64,000 bases of DNA from Planctomycetota bacterium (GTDB lineage: Bacteria > Planctomycetota > Planctomycetia > Planctomycetales > Planctomycetaceae): assembly GCA_031424595.1 (NCBI GenBank), contig JANPHT010000712.1:2572-66571 (forward strand), in the 5' to 3' direction. The position numbers and the translations under genes were made by a program. Positions within the stretch are counted from its first letter, which is position 1; the number at the start of each line of letters is the position of its first letter. The notes beneath the pieces are model-generated. The model searched no databases. It was not told the origin of the DNA and saw only the letters and a list, made by a program, of their open reading frames with translations. Below are positions 10,350 through 19,200 of this stretch, piece by piece.

Positions 10350-10453
10350 TTGATTTCGTCCATCCGGAGTATCGATGCTTCAGGAATCATCGCCAGTGTA
10401 ACAAGGATTCTGAACGGGATCACACGCGAGTTGCAAATCTGATTGTCAGCGTG

Positions 10454-11623
10454 TCAGTTTTGATGAACTTCACCTGCAGAAGTCATAATTTTTTCGCGGG
10501 AGGATTCCACGATAAACTCTTTTGCCCTGAGAATCGACAGTTCGACCTGATCGTCGGCTGGCTGCTGACCGGCATATTTAACCATGTCAGCGGCTTCAAG
10601 GAATTCCTTCAGTCGCAGAGATCGCATGGCCGGAAAAATATCCTTCGATCGCATTTCACGCAGAAACTCCTCGGTTGTCTGTTCTGGTGCATGTAAACCC
10701 GTCTTGCCTTCGATGTAAACTCGGACGATGCCAGTCAGCCTGACGTAGAATTCCTTAAACTGACCCTGGGAGGGCAGGTTTTCCGAAAGCAATTGTGCTA
10801 ATGCGGCGTGCGCGATTTCTTCGGGTGACGGCGGCGGCACAACAATGGCAGATTCGTGATTTCGACGACGCGAGCGAACGAAGTACGCAATCAAAATCAA
10901 AGCCAAAACCGTGATCCCAATCCACCATAGTATTCCGGATTGATCAATCGATTGTGGAGGGAGCATGGGCTCCAGATCAGCCAGATCGGGAACCTGATCC
11001 GATAGCTCCGATGTGATCTTCACTTCGATTGGATCGGACTCAATCAACGTCACCTTTCCTTTAGCCACTGAGGATTCTCGGTTGTCAATAAACTCAATCG
11101 CGATTGAGCGAATCAAGTGAGTTCCGCTGTGTACTGGTTCCAGCTGATAATGAAACAAACGCGTTGTCGATTCTTCCGCAGACTTTCCTTGCGGAGTGCG
11201 TTCGCTGTAATCTCGCACCAGAAAATCGCCGACTGCGACTCCGAAGGCGGGTGGCTTGATCTCAACAAAGGACTCGGCAGTCACCTCAACATCCATCTCC
11301 ACAAGATCCGACAGGCGCGGCTCCGGCGGCGCGATGCGAACGGTCAGCTTCACCGGCCCCTTTTCGGTGACTCGCTGAATGACGTCAGCTTTGCTCTCCT
11401 TCGAAGGAGCAGGTTCGGCCGATGTCCCGCATCCGGCAAGCAGTAGCAGGCTCAGCACAAGCATCACACCACGCGTATAATCTGCAACAAATAGCACGCT
11501 GTTCAGGCAATGCCATCCTTTCAGTTGATGATTGAAATACTGCTTATCCCGATCGAACTTGCAGGCTGATGGAACTGAAGCAGTGACCGGGGGCTTGCCG
11601 TTGAGCAGCGACACATATTTCAT
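10454..11623 (-). CDS. Membrane protein of the MoxR/DUF58 (Bat-like) operon: lipoprotein-type N-terminal domain, one TM helix, DUF4381-like C-terminal region
   Basis: ATGA start/stop overlap with the upstream DUF58 gene (11620-11623). It has a lipobox-like LLLLAGC (a later start at MLVLSLLLLAGC is possible) and the TM helix ILWWIGITVLALILIAYFV followed by RSRRR. Then comes AHAALAQL...FYVRLTGIVRVYIEGKTGLHAPEQTTEEFL, which resembles DUF4381. Confidence 0.6.
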   Translation of the reverse strand: MKYVSLLNGKPPVTASVPSACKFDRDKQYFNHQLKGWHCLNSVLFVADYTRGVMLVLSLLLLAGCGTSAEPAPSKESKADVIQRVTEKGPVKLTVRIAPPEPRLSDLVEMDVEVTAESFVEIKPPAFGVAVGDFLVRDYSERTPQGKSAEESTTRLFHYQLEPVHSGTHLIRSIAIEFIDNRESSVAKGKVTLIESDPIEVKITSELSDQVPDLADLEPMLPPQSIDQSGILWWIGITVLALILIAYFVRSRRRNHESAIVVPPPSPEEIAHAALAQLLSENLPSQGQFKEFYVRLTGIVRVYIEGKTGLHAPEQTTEEFLREMRSKDIFPAMRSLRLKEFLEAADMVKYAGQQPADDQVELSILRAKEFIVESSREKIMTSAGEVHQN

Positions 11624-12504
11624 CGCTGCCGCTCCCGCATGCGGAAGAACTTCTGCAGGCTTTGAGCGTACGGCTGGTCGGTGCGAATCTCCAATCGGTC
11701 CACGTTCGCACGACGCAATGAGCTGGTCAGAGTCTTTTCACGGTCGGCCGCAGCCTTTGCGAACAAGGCTCGCACTTGCGGGTGGCGAGTATCCAGTTCC
11801 AGCAACTCGTCCGTTTCGGCATCGCGGAGAGTCAGAAATCCCACGTCGGGCAAAACAGACTCGCGAGGATCCTGTAACGTCACTGCCACACAATCATGCC
11901 TCTGATTGGCAACGGCAAGAGCCTTCGAGCAATCCGGCCCTAAAAAATCGCTCATCAGAAACACCACGCAACGTCGCCGTTGAACCCGTGAAAGATACTC
12001 CAGTGCTTTTGTGATGTCAGTCTCAGCCTTGATCGGTTCGGTGGCCAGCAACTCCCGAATCAGTCGCAACACATTGCCACGTCCTTTTCGAGGTGGAATG
12101 TACCTGATCACATCGTTGGCAAAGAACAGCAGACCGACTTTGTCATTGTTCTTAAGGGAAGTAAACATCAACACAGCAGCGACTTCAACGGCCGTTTCCA
12201 TCTTTGTCAAGCGCTGCGAGCCGAACGCACCCGAGGCGGAAATATCCACGGCCAGTAAAACAGTGAGTTCACGTTCTTCACAAAACGTCTTCACATAGGG
12301 AGCGCTGGAACGAGCAGTGACATTCCAGTCGATGCTGCGAATTTCATCACCGGGAACGTACTCACGCACCGAATCGAACTCCATTCCGCGACCTTTGAAC
12401 GCACTGAGGTACTCACCGGCCAGAAGATCGTTCACTTGTCGGCGAGCCACGATCTGAATACGGCGGACTTCCTTCAGAACTTCTTCAAGTTCGCGAGTGG
12501 CCAT
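11620..12504 (-). CDS. DUF58 domain protein (VWA-like, MoxR partner); start moved from 12618 to ATG 12504
   Basis: MATRELEEVLKEVRRIQIVARR..., FKGRGMEFDSVREYVPGDEIRSIDWNVTARS, LLAVDISASG. This is the classic DUF58 pattern. Confidence 0.85.
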   Translation of the reverse strand: MATRELEEVLKEVRRIQIVARRQVNDLLAGEYLSAFKGRGMEFDSVREYVPGDEIRSIDWNVTARSSAPYVKTFCEERELTVLLAVDISASGAFGSQRLTKMETAVEVAAVLMFTSLKNNDKVGLLFFANDVIRYIPPRKGRGNVLRLIRELLATEPIKAETDITKALEYLSRVQRRRCVVFLMSDFLGPDCSKALAVANQRHDCVAVTLQDPRESVLPDVGFLTLRDAETDELLELDTRHPQVRALFAKAAADREKTLTSSLRRANVDRLEIRTDQPYAQSLQKFFRMRERQR

Positions 12505-12625
12505 GAGAATGTCTGTCGTACTGGGTGTGTGGTGAGTAATAAAACCTGTGCAACGGCAAGCCACAGTCGAACACGTTGTGTGGATATCAGCAAGCGCGAA
12601 CAGCAACAACCTGGTCAAACTCGGG

Positions 12626-12683
12626 CGTTCTGAAAACGGCGTCAGAACGTGCCCTTTTCCGAACGTGCCCTTTTCCGAACGTG
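12626..12683. repeat. 8-bp-stem hairpin (12626-12649) overlapping by 5 nt a 16-bp tandem repeat x2.4 (12645-12683), in the moxR-DUF58 spacer
   Basis: CGTTCTGA-aaacggcg-TCAGAACG is a perfect inverted repeat. The unit GAACGTGCCCTTTTCC occurs at 12645-12660 and 12661-12676, then partially at 12677-12683. Confidence 0.8.
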
Positions 12684-12691
12684 ACAGCGCG

Positions 12692-13681
12692 CTAGGGAAC
12701 GGGCACCGATTCCAGCACTCTGCGGACTATGTCATCCGACGTCATCTCTTCGGCTTCCGCCTCGTACGTCAATATGATGCGGTGTCGCAGGATTTCGAAA
12801 GCGATATCCTTCACATCCTGAGGCGTCACATAACCTCGCCCAGCCAGAAAGGCGTTCGCCCTGGCGGCGAGACATAGATTGATGGACGCTCGCGGAGACG
12901 CTCCGCATTGAATCAGGGGCTTCAGATCTTTCAGCCGAAACTCTTCGGGCCGACGAGTTGCTGCGACCACGTCCAGAACATAGTCCTTCACTTTGTCGTC
13001 CATGTAGATAGATGAAACCGTCTGTTTGATTTCCACCAACTGCGACGGTTCCAGCACAGGCTGAATCTCGCGTCGAACATCATCCAGTACCGCATCGACA
13101 ACTTTTCGCTCTTCGACCTTCGTGGGATAGCCAACGACCACCTTCAGCATAAAACGGTCTACCTGAGCTTCCGGCAGCGGATAAGTCCCCTCCTGCTCAA
13201 TCGGATTCTGCGTCGCAAGAACCAGAAACGGCTCTTCCAGCAGATAGGTCTCATCGCCAATCGTGACCTGATGCTCCTGCATCGCCTCCAGCAGAGCCGA
13301 CTGCACCTTGGAAGGCGCTCGATTGATTTCATCGGCCAGCACGAGATTCGCAAAGATCGGTCCCTTGCGAGTCCCAAACGATCCTTCGCGAGGATTGTAG
13401 ATCATCGTCCCGATCAGGTCGGCAGGAAGCAGGTCCGGCGTAAACTGTATCCGATTAAACTTGCAGCGAATTGCGCTCGCGAGTGCCTTAATCGCCGTCG
13501 TCTTGGCGAGCCCCGGCAATCCTTCCAGCAACACATGCCCGCCGGTCAGAAGTGCAATCAGCAGACGGGAAAGCATCGCGTCCTGGCCAACCAGCACCTT
13601 GCGGACTTCCGCTCGGACTCGCTCAATTTGATCGGAATACTTGAGAACCTGTTCTTTGATTTTTTGGACATCGACGGACAT
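12692..13681 (-). CDS. MoxR-family AAA+ ATPase
   Basis: Walker A LEGLPGLAKT and Walker B LVLADEINRA. The 329-aa length and the following DUF58 gene are typical of MoxR operons. Confidence 0.93.
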   Translation of the reverse strand: MSVDVQKIKEQVLKYSDQIERVRAEVRKVLVGQDAMLSRLLIALLTGGHVLLEGLPGLAKTTAIKALASAIRCKFNRIQFTPDLLPADLIGTMIYNPREGSFGTRKGPIFANLVLADEINRAPSKVQSALLEAMQEHQVTIGDETYLLEEPFLVLATQNPIEQEGTYPLPEAQVDRFMLKVVVGYPTKVEERKVVDAVLDDVRREIQPVLEPSQLVEIKQTVSSIYMDDKVKDYVLDVVAATRRPEEFRLKDLKPLIQCGASPRASINLCLAARANAFLAGRGYVTPQDVKDIAFEILRHRIILTYEAEAEEMTSDDIVRRVLESVPVP

Positions 13682-13719
13682 GAGTGTTTCGTTGCTTCTT
13701 ACTGTTGGTCAATAAACAG

Positions 13720-13742
13720 AACAGCCTTGCGACTCGGCTGTT
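13720..13742 (-). terminator. Possible intrinsic terminator downstream of the DUF1553-DUF1501 pair
   Basis: AACAGCC-ttgcgactc-GGCTGTT is a 7-bp perfect stem. On the minus-strand RNA it is followed by CUGUUUAUU. Confidence 0.4.
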
Positions 13743-13913
13743 TCCGGGTTGGTTGCCGATCGGCCTATTTCTCCGGAAGAATTCGCAAAGTTCTTTATTA
13801 ACGCGCCTTCGACTGCAAGTCAACGCGACGGAAAGCACTCGCCGTAGTCAGACAACTCTCCGAACTGACTTGGCACAGCCCCTGGATGATGCTCAAACCA
13901 GCTTAACACAATC

Positions 13914-15395
13914 CTATGCGAGAATCGCTTCAATCGCCTGTCCGTAGTCCATATCCAGTCGCTTGCGACCGGGCACTTCCAGCTTGCGAGCATCCAGACC
14001 CAGCAGTCGGTAAACGGTGGCATGCAGATCGGTGACATAGTGGGGATGCTCAATTGCGTGGAAGCCAAGTTCATCAGTCGCTCCGTGAATGCCCGGCTTG
14101 ATTCCTGCCCCGGCCATCCAAATCGTAAATCCGTGCGGATGATGATCTCGGCCTGTCGCTGATTTATTAAACATCCCGAATTCGACACCGGGGGTACGAC
14201 CGAATTCCGTCGTGAAGACGACGACTGTGTCTTCAAACATGCCGCGACGTTTCATGTCTTTCAGCATTCCGGCGATCGGCTTGTCTATGCGTTCGCAGGA
14301 CCGTGAGTGATTCTTCTGCAGGTCGCTGTGAGAATCCCATTCGCCGTAATCGCTCAGATAAACCAGCGTATATCGCACACCGCGCTCGGCCAGGCGGCGA
14401 GCTGCAAGGCAACGCTGTCCATAAACGGCCGTCGTCGGATTATCGATGCCATAAAGCTGCTGAGTCTCCTGCGTTTCTTCCGCGAGATTCAGAGTCTCCG
14501 GAACGGACTGCTGCATGCGAAATGCTAATTCATAGGCGTTGATACGAGCCTGCAGTTGAGCATCCTGAGGGAATTCGTCGGCCGTCATGCGATTCAGCTG
14601 TTGCAGGAACTCAAACTCACCTCGTTGTTCGATCGCACTCACGTCGGACGCACGCTTGCCAAATGACAACGGGTTTGACGGATCAAGATGCAACTGGACG
14701 CCCCCATAGGTCGGGCCGAGGTAGTGAGCGTCGAAGTTTTCTTTAACTCGCGGATCCTTGAACTCACCGAGAAACACAAACTGTGGCAGATTCTCATTCA
14801 GAGTCCCAAGGCCATAATTCAGCCACGAACCTATCACTGGTTCCGGAGTATCCAGCTTGTGGCGACCGGTGTGCATCTGAAACTCCGCCGCGTGATCGTT
14901 GTCAGTCGTCCACATCGATCTCACGACAGCCAGATCATCCGCACAAGTTGCCAGATGAGGCAGCCAATCACTGACTTCCAGGCCATTCTCACCGTACTTT
15001 TTGTAGCCGACCTGCAGAGGAAAGATTTTCGAATGCAGCTCCCGCTCGATGCCAACAACCGATCTTGATCGCTCCAGATAAATCGGCAACTTCTGAGGAT
15101 TCGGAAGATGGGTCTGATCGTATGTCTTGCCACTGAGCTGATTCAGCAAAGGCTTCGGATCAAAGGTTTCCATCTGGCTGACTCCGCCTGACAGAAAAAT
15201 CCAGATGACATTTGTTGCCTTCGGGGCAAAGTGCGGCTTGCCATCCGGCTTTGAGTGCCCACCCGCCTCTGCACCGCGCGCGAACCCGTCCTGATGGAGT
15301 ATAGAATTCAGGGCAATCCCTCCGAACCCGAGTCCCAGATTACTGAGAAACGTGCGTCGAGATCGACCACAGAATGAAGAGTCGTACTTGCTCAT
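13914..15395 (-). CDS. DUF1501 domain protein (Tat-exported), partner of the upstream PSCyt/DUF1549/DUF1553 gene
   Basis: RSRRTFLSNLGLGFGG Tat signal, FLSGGVSQMETFDPKP, TGRDHHPHGF. Confidence 0.9.
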   Translation of the reverse strand: MSKYDSSFCGRSRRTFLSNLGLGFGGIALNSILHQDGFARGAEAGGHSKPDGKPHFAPKATNVIWIFLSGGVSQMETFDPKPLLNQLSGKTYDQTHLPNPQKLPIYLERSRSVVGIERELHSKIFPLQVGYKKYGENGLEVSDWLPHLATCADDLAVVRSMWTTDNDHAAEFQMHTGRHKLDTPEPVIGSWLNYGLGTLNENLPQFVFLGEFKDPRVKENFDAHYLGPTYGGVQLHLDPSNPLSFGKRASDVSAIEQRGEFEFLQQLNRMTADEFPQDAQLQARINAYELAFRMQQSVPETLNLAEETQETQQLYGIDNPTTAVYGQRCLAARRLAERGVRYTLVYLSDYGEWDSHSDLQKNHSRSCERIDKPIAGMLKDMKRRGMFEDTVVVFTTEFGRTPGVEFGMFNKSATGRDHHPHGFTIWMAGAGIKPGIHGATDELGFHAIEHPHYVTDLHATVYRLLGLDARKLEVPGRKRLDMDYGQAIEAILA

Positions 15396-15428
15396 GACCG
15401 TTTCCGTTGTTGAATCAAACTCACTCTC

Positions 15429-18400
15429 TCACCTGACCGTTACAAAATCATTGTGGTTCATTAACGCATGCACTAGGTTCTCTCGAGACCTTGCGGAGAA
15501 ATCAGGAGCAGCTGATGTTGCAGTTGTCGACTCCGACAGCCGGATCGCTTGTTGCGTCAGGAAATCCCGGGAAGCCGTCAACTCGGTCTTACGAGGCTCG
15601 CGGTTCAGAATCTGAAGAAACGCCCGCTGAATAAACGCTTCGCTGGAGTTCTCTTCGCTCACACTTACTTTGTCCCAAATTCGCTTTGCCAGCGCGCGGC
15701 TGAGCGTTTTCGTCAGCTCACTGTTCGTCAACGCTAAAGCCTGTTGAGGTTGAACCGATGAGGTTCGCTTGTAGCAATCACACGCATTGGCAGCGTCGAA
15801 GAGTTCGAGGAATTCCATCTTCTCTTCACCATGATGCGTGAAATACAGACTGCGACGTCGCGACGTCATGCCTTCCTTGTGATCAATCTCCTGACCACCC
15901 ATGGTCGAATCGAGCTCTCCGGAGATTGATAGCAGACTGTCTCGCACGACTTCCGCCTGCATGCGGGCCGCGGGAAATCTCCAGTAGGTCTTGTTGTCCG
16001 GGTCTGAAGAATTCGCCGCAGCCAGAATCGAGGAGGCGTCGCCAGCAGAGCGTGGTTGCATACTTGTGAGCCGATAGGTTTGGCTGGTGACGATCAAGCG
16101 ATGAATGTGCTTCATCGACCATTCGGAATCCATGAGTTCGCAGGCCAGCCAGTCGAGCAGTTCCGGGTGCGTCGGTCGGCTGCCATTTCGGCCCAGATCA
16201 TGAGTCGTTTCGACAATCGCCTGACCAAAGTGCCTCAGCCAGATGTGATTCACGGCGACTCGCGCGGTAAGCGGATTGTCCTTGCTGGCGATCCAGCGAG
16301 CCAGAACCGTACGTCTTCCTGAAGACACTTGCGGATACTTCACAGACAATGCCGTGTATTCTCCCGGCTCATTTGAAAGCGCCGCATTGGCAGTGTTCAG
16401 CGAATTCATTGCGACAGTGCGGCCATTCTGAGCCGTCTGTTTCTCTTTGTTCGCAGCATCGATCGTTGCCTGATCGTTCGCGTTGGCAGCGGCCACGATT
16501 TTCACTTCTGCCCCCGCGATCGCTGCGTCGAAGGCAATCACACTGGCCTTGGCCGTCGCAATAGCCGCCTCACGTTCGGTTTGGCAGGCCGAATGGATCC
16601 GGGCCTTTACCTCAGGATCAGCCTGCCGGTCTTCCGACAGCAACCCGGTCGCATACCGCGCCGCATCGGCTTCTATTCGCTGATTCAGGCTTTTCAATTC
16701 CAGCTCCGCCGCGGCAATGCTCGCTTCGGCCGCGTCGATCCTGAGCGATGGCAGTCGCAACACCTGTTTTACGGTCGTCAATCGAGCAACAGCTGTTTGA
16801 ACCGCCGGATCCATGGAAACCGCTGACGTAACTTTTGATGTCGCTGGAGCCGCACAGAACCCCGTGACCATCCATGGGGCTGAACCTGCGATCGCAAGCG
16901 CATCGACGACCTCCTGTCCGTCAACATAGTCCGGTGATTCAAAGTCGGACGACAGTAGTGCCGTTCCATCCGGCTGAGCGAACGTCAGCGAATCATAGAT
17001 CGCTTCTGTCCCGGGACGACAGTCAATGAATAGCCCTCGCTTGCCATTGGCCCGAGGCTTCCAGCCGTTTAGTGCTGCAGGAGTATCCTTGACAAGGATG
17101 GTGTTATCAGTGAGTGACGTGACGGTCAACAGCATCTGATTTTGTTCGAGATCCAGCGTCATCCGGACACCGAAGCGATTCTGTCCTTTTGATAAGTCGT
17201 ATGTGCCAGCAACGAACTCGTTAAATCCGCCTGGAGAGTACGTCTTCACCTGTCCATTTTCGAAGGCCACAAACGCCCCCGTAGCTCCCTGAGCGATATC
17301 GAGAGCAAGCTGCAAATTCGTGTGCCCGTCTTTCACCACCTGCACCAGATACGACACAGTGCCGCGGTCAGCGAACGCATCTAATCCAGGTAATGCATGC
17401 GACAGCGCGCGGCGGCCGACTTTGGCATCGAGCACCAGGGACTGGGTTCCATCCAAGACCGGGTTATTGACACTGCCGCCCGCTTCTGTGAGCAACCGAA
17501 TCGCATTCTCGCGAGCGACTTGTAACGCTGTTTCAGCGGCCTGTAATTCCTCACGTTGTCCGGGCGGTTCTGCGGAAAGCAACTTCCTGGCTTCCGCCAA
17601 TTCCTTGTTCGCTGTCTCCAAGGCCGCCAGACGCTTGTTGCGCTCTTCGGCCTTGATGAAATCCTTCATCCCGGGATAGGCGGATTCGATTGGCAATGAC
17701 AACTGAGGCGTTTGAAGCTGATCACCTCCAAGAGCAGCCGGCGCACCGGGCTTCATCGGCGGTTTGCCTTCGATCCGCAAACGTGAGTCTCCTTTCGAAA
17801 ACATGAACGTCTCGGCATCAAGGTACTCATCGAAGACGCGCACCATGCCGCTCCTGATTGGCCCATAGGAGTTCGCGTAGACATACTTTACGAAAGGGCC
17901 TGGATCTACTTCACCTGGTACGCGATCGTGTCGCAGCTCCAGCGGTTCGAAGAAGGCTCGAAAACGAAAATACTCCTCCTGAGCCAGCGGATCGTACTTG
18001 TGATCGTGACACTGCGCGCAATTCAGAGTAATCCCCAGGAACGCCTTGCCGGTATGTTCGACCAGGTCCTTTTTCCAGGTTTCGTAGTTCCACTTGAACC
18101 AGCTACGAACCAGATATCCGGTGGCCACAATGTTCTGATCATCCGTCGGCAGCACTTCATCGGCCGCCAGCATTTCCACGATCATTTGATCGTACGGTTT
18201 ATTCTCATTGATCGAACGGACAATCCAGTCGCGCCAACGCCAAATCATGGCATAGCTGTTCATCACGTCCGGCACAGAACGTCGCCCGTACCAGTCGCTG
18301 TAACGCCAGACGTCCATCCAGTGCCGTCCCCAGCGTTCGCCATGCTGAGGCGACTCCAGCAACTTTTCGACAATGTGCTCGTAGGCGTCTGGTGACTCCT

Positions 18401-18998
18401 CGTGAAGAAATGCCTGCAGATCTTCCGCGGAAGGCGGCAGTCCCGTCAGATCGAGATAAACTCGCCGCAGCAACGTGGCTTTATCCGTCGGCGGCATTGC
18501 GGTCATGCCGTTGGCTTCCCGCTGAACCGCGATGAACGCATCAATGGGATTTGCGAACTGCTGGCCGGCGAGAGTTGGGATTTCCGGCCGCATGGGTTTC
18601 TGAAATGCCCAGTGCCGGCGAGGATCTTCCTCTGGTTTTTCGTCCGCAGGAGACACAGCCCCCGATTCGATCCAGCGGGTGATAACGCTGATCTGATCGG
18701 CTGTTAGTGGTTTGCCTTCTGGCGGCATTCGCACACTATCATCGGCGGCGGTGATGCGAGCGATCAAATGACTGTTCGCTGGATCTTTGGAAACCACCTC
18801 TGCACCACTGTCTCCACCTTGTTTTGCCAGCTCCGCTGTATCCAGCCGCAGTCCAGCTTTCTGCTTGAGTGCTCCGTGACACGAATAACATCGCTCATGA
18901 AGGATGGGCTTCACATCACGGGCGTAATCGACCACGGCTTCTTCTGCGACACCTGGAATACAAGCGGCAAGGCTCAGTAAGACAGCAATTGTTTTCAT
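15429..18998 (-). CDS. PSCyt1 / DUF1549 / DUF1553 family protein (Planctomycete cytochrome-C-like giant); start moved from 19151 to ATG 18998
   Basis: Signal peptide MKTIAVLLSLAACIPG, CYSCHG heme-binding-type motif, WRYSDWYGRR region, and the CAQCHDHKYDP hallmark. The long C-terminal DUF1553-like part ends in MNHNDFVTVR. A DUF1501 gene follows directly, which is the usual pairing. Confidence 0.88.
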   Translation of the reverse strand: MKTIAVLLSLAACIPGVAEEAVVDYARDVKPILHERCYSCHGALKQKAGLRLDTAELAKQGGDSGAEVVSKDPANSHLIARITAADDSVRMPPEGKPLTADQISVITRWIESGAVSPADEKPEEDPRRHWAFQKPMRPEIPTLAGQQFANPIDAFIAVQREANGMTAMPPTDKATLLRRVYLDLTGLPPSAEDLQAFLHEESPDAYEHIVEKLLESPQHGERWGRHWMDVWRYSDWYGRRSVPDVMNSYAMIWRWRDWIVRSINENKPYDQMIVEMLAADEVLPTDDQNIVATGYLVRSWFKWNYETWKKDLVEHTGKAFLGITLNCAQCHDHKYDPLAQEEYFRFRAFFEPLELRHDRVPGEVDPGPFVKYVYANSYGPIRSGMVRVFDEYLDAETFMFSKGDSRLRIEGKPPMKPGAPAALGGDQLQTPQLSLPIESAYPGMKDFIKAEERNKRLAALETANKELAEARKLLSAEPPGQREELQAAETALQVARENAIRLLTEAGGSVNNPVLDGTQSLVLDAKVGRRALSHALPGLDAFADRGTVSYLVQVVKDGHTNLQLALDIAQGATGAFVAFENGQVKTYSPGGFNEFVAGTYDLSKGQNRFGVRMTLDLEQNQMLLTVTSLTDNTILVKDTPAALNGWKPRANGKRGLFIDCRPGTEAIYDSLTFAQPDGTALLSSDFESPDYVDGQEVVDALAIAGSAPWMVTGFCAAPATSKVTSAVSMDPAVQTAVARLTTVKQVLRLPSLRIDAAEASIAAAELELKSLNQRIEADAARYATGLLSEDRQADPEVKARIHSACQTEREAAIATAKASVIAFDAAIAGAEVKIVAAANANDQATIDAANKEKQTAQNGRTVAMNSLNTANAALSNEPGEYTALSVKYPQVSSGRRTVLARWIASKDNPLTARVAVNHIWLRHFGQAIVETTHDLGRNGSRPTHPELLDWLACELMDSEWSMKHIHRLIVTSQTYRLTSMQPRSAGDASSILAAANSSDPDNKTYWRFPAARMQAEVVRDSLLSISGELDSTMGGQEIDHKEGMTSRRRSLYFTHHGEEKMEFLELFDAANACDCYKRTSSVQPQQALALTNSELTKTLSRALAKRIWDKVSVSEENSSEAFIQRAFLQILNREPRKTELTASRDFLTQQAIRLSESTTATSAAPDFSARSRENLVHALMNHNDFVTVR

Positions 18999-19200
18999 AG
19001 TGATCTCCGCTCGGAGAAGTTTGCGGCGGAATCCGCCATCGCACAATAAGCCGACGTGTTGCAGGTCGGCCCTCAGGCGGCATTCGCTAAGGATGCTGGC
19101 TGAGTGAGTAAAAAGTATGATATCCGGGCGTTGTGCTTCTTGAGGATGCAATCATGTTTGTATTTCAACGTCCACTCGGGCCCAGTTGTGATCGTCCGGC

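Noticed and set aside
18999-19151. ORF-track N-terminal extensions: DUF1553 gene 18999-19151, dnaK 38243-38419, gmk 42942-43040, DUF58 12505-12618, EF-hand gene 52688-53062, CocE gene 55312-55344, DUF1015 8570-8608
   Set aside because: In each case a conserved family N-terminus or a clean signal peptide begins at an internal ATG. The upstream residues look non-protein-like or overlap a neighbouring gene.
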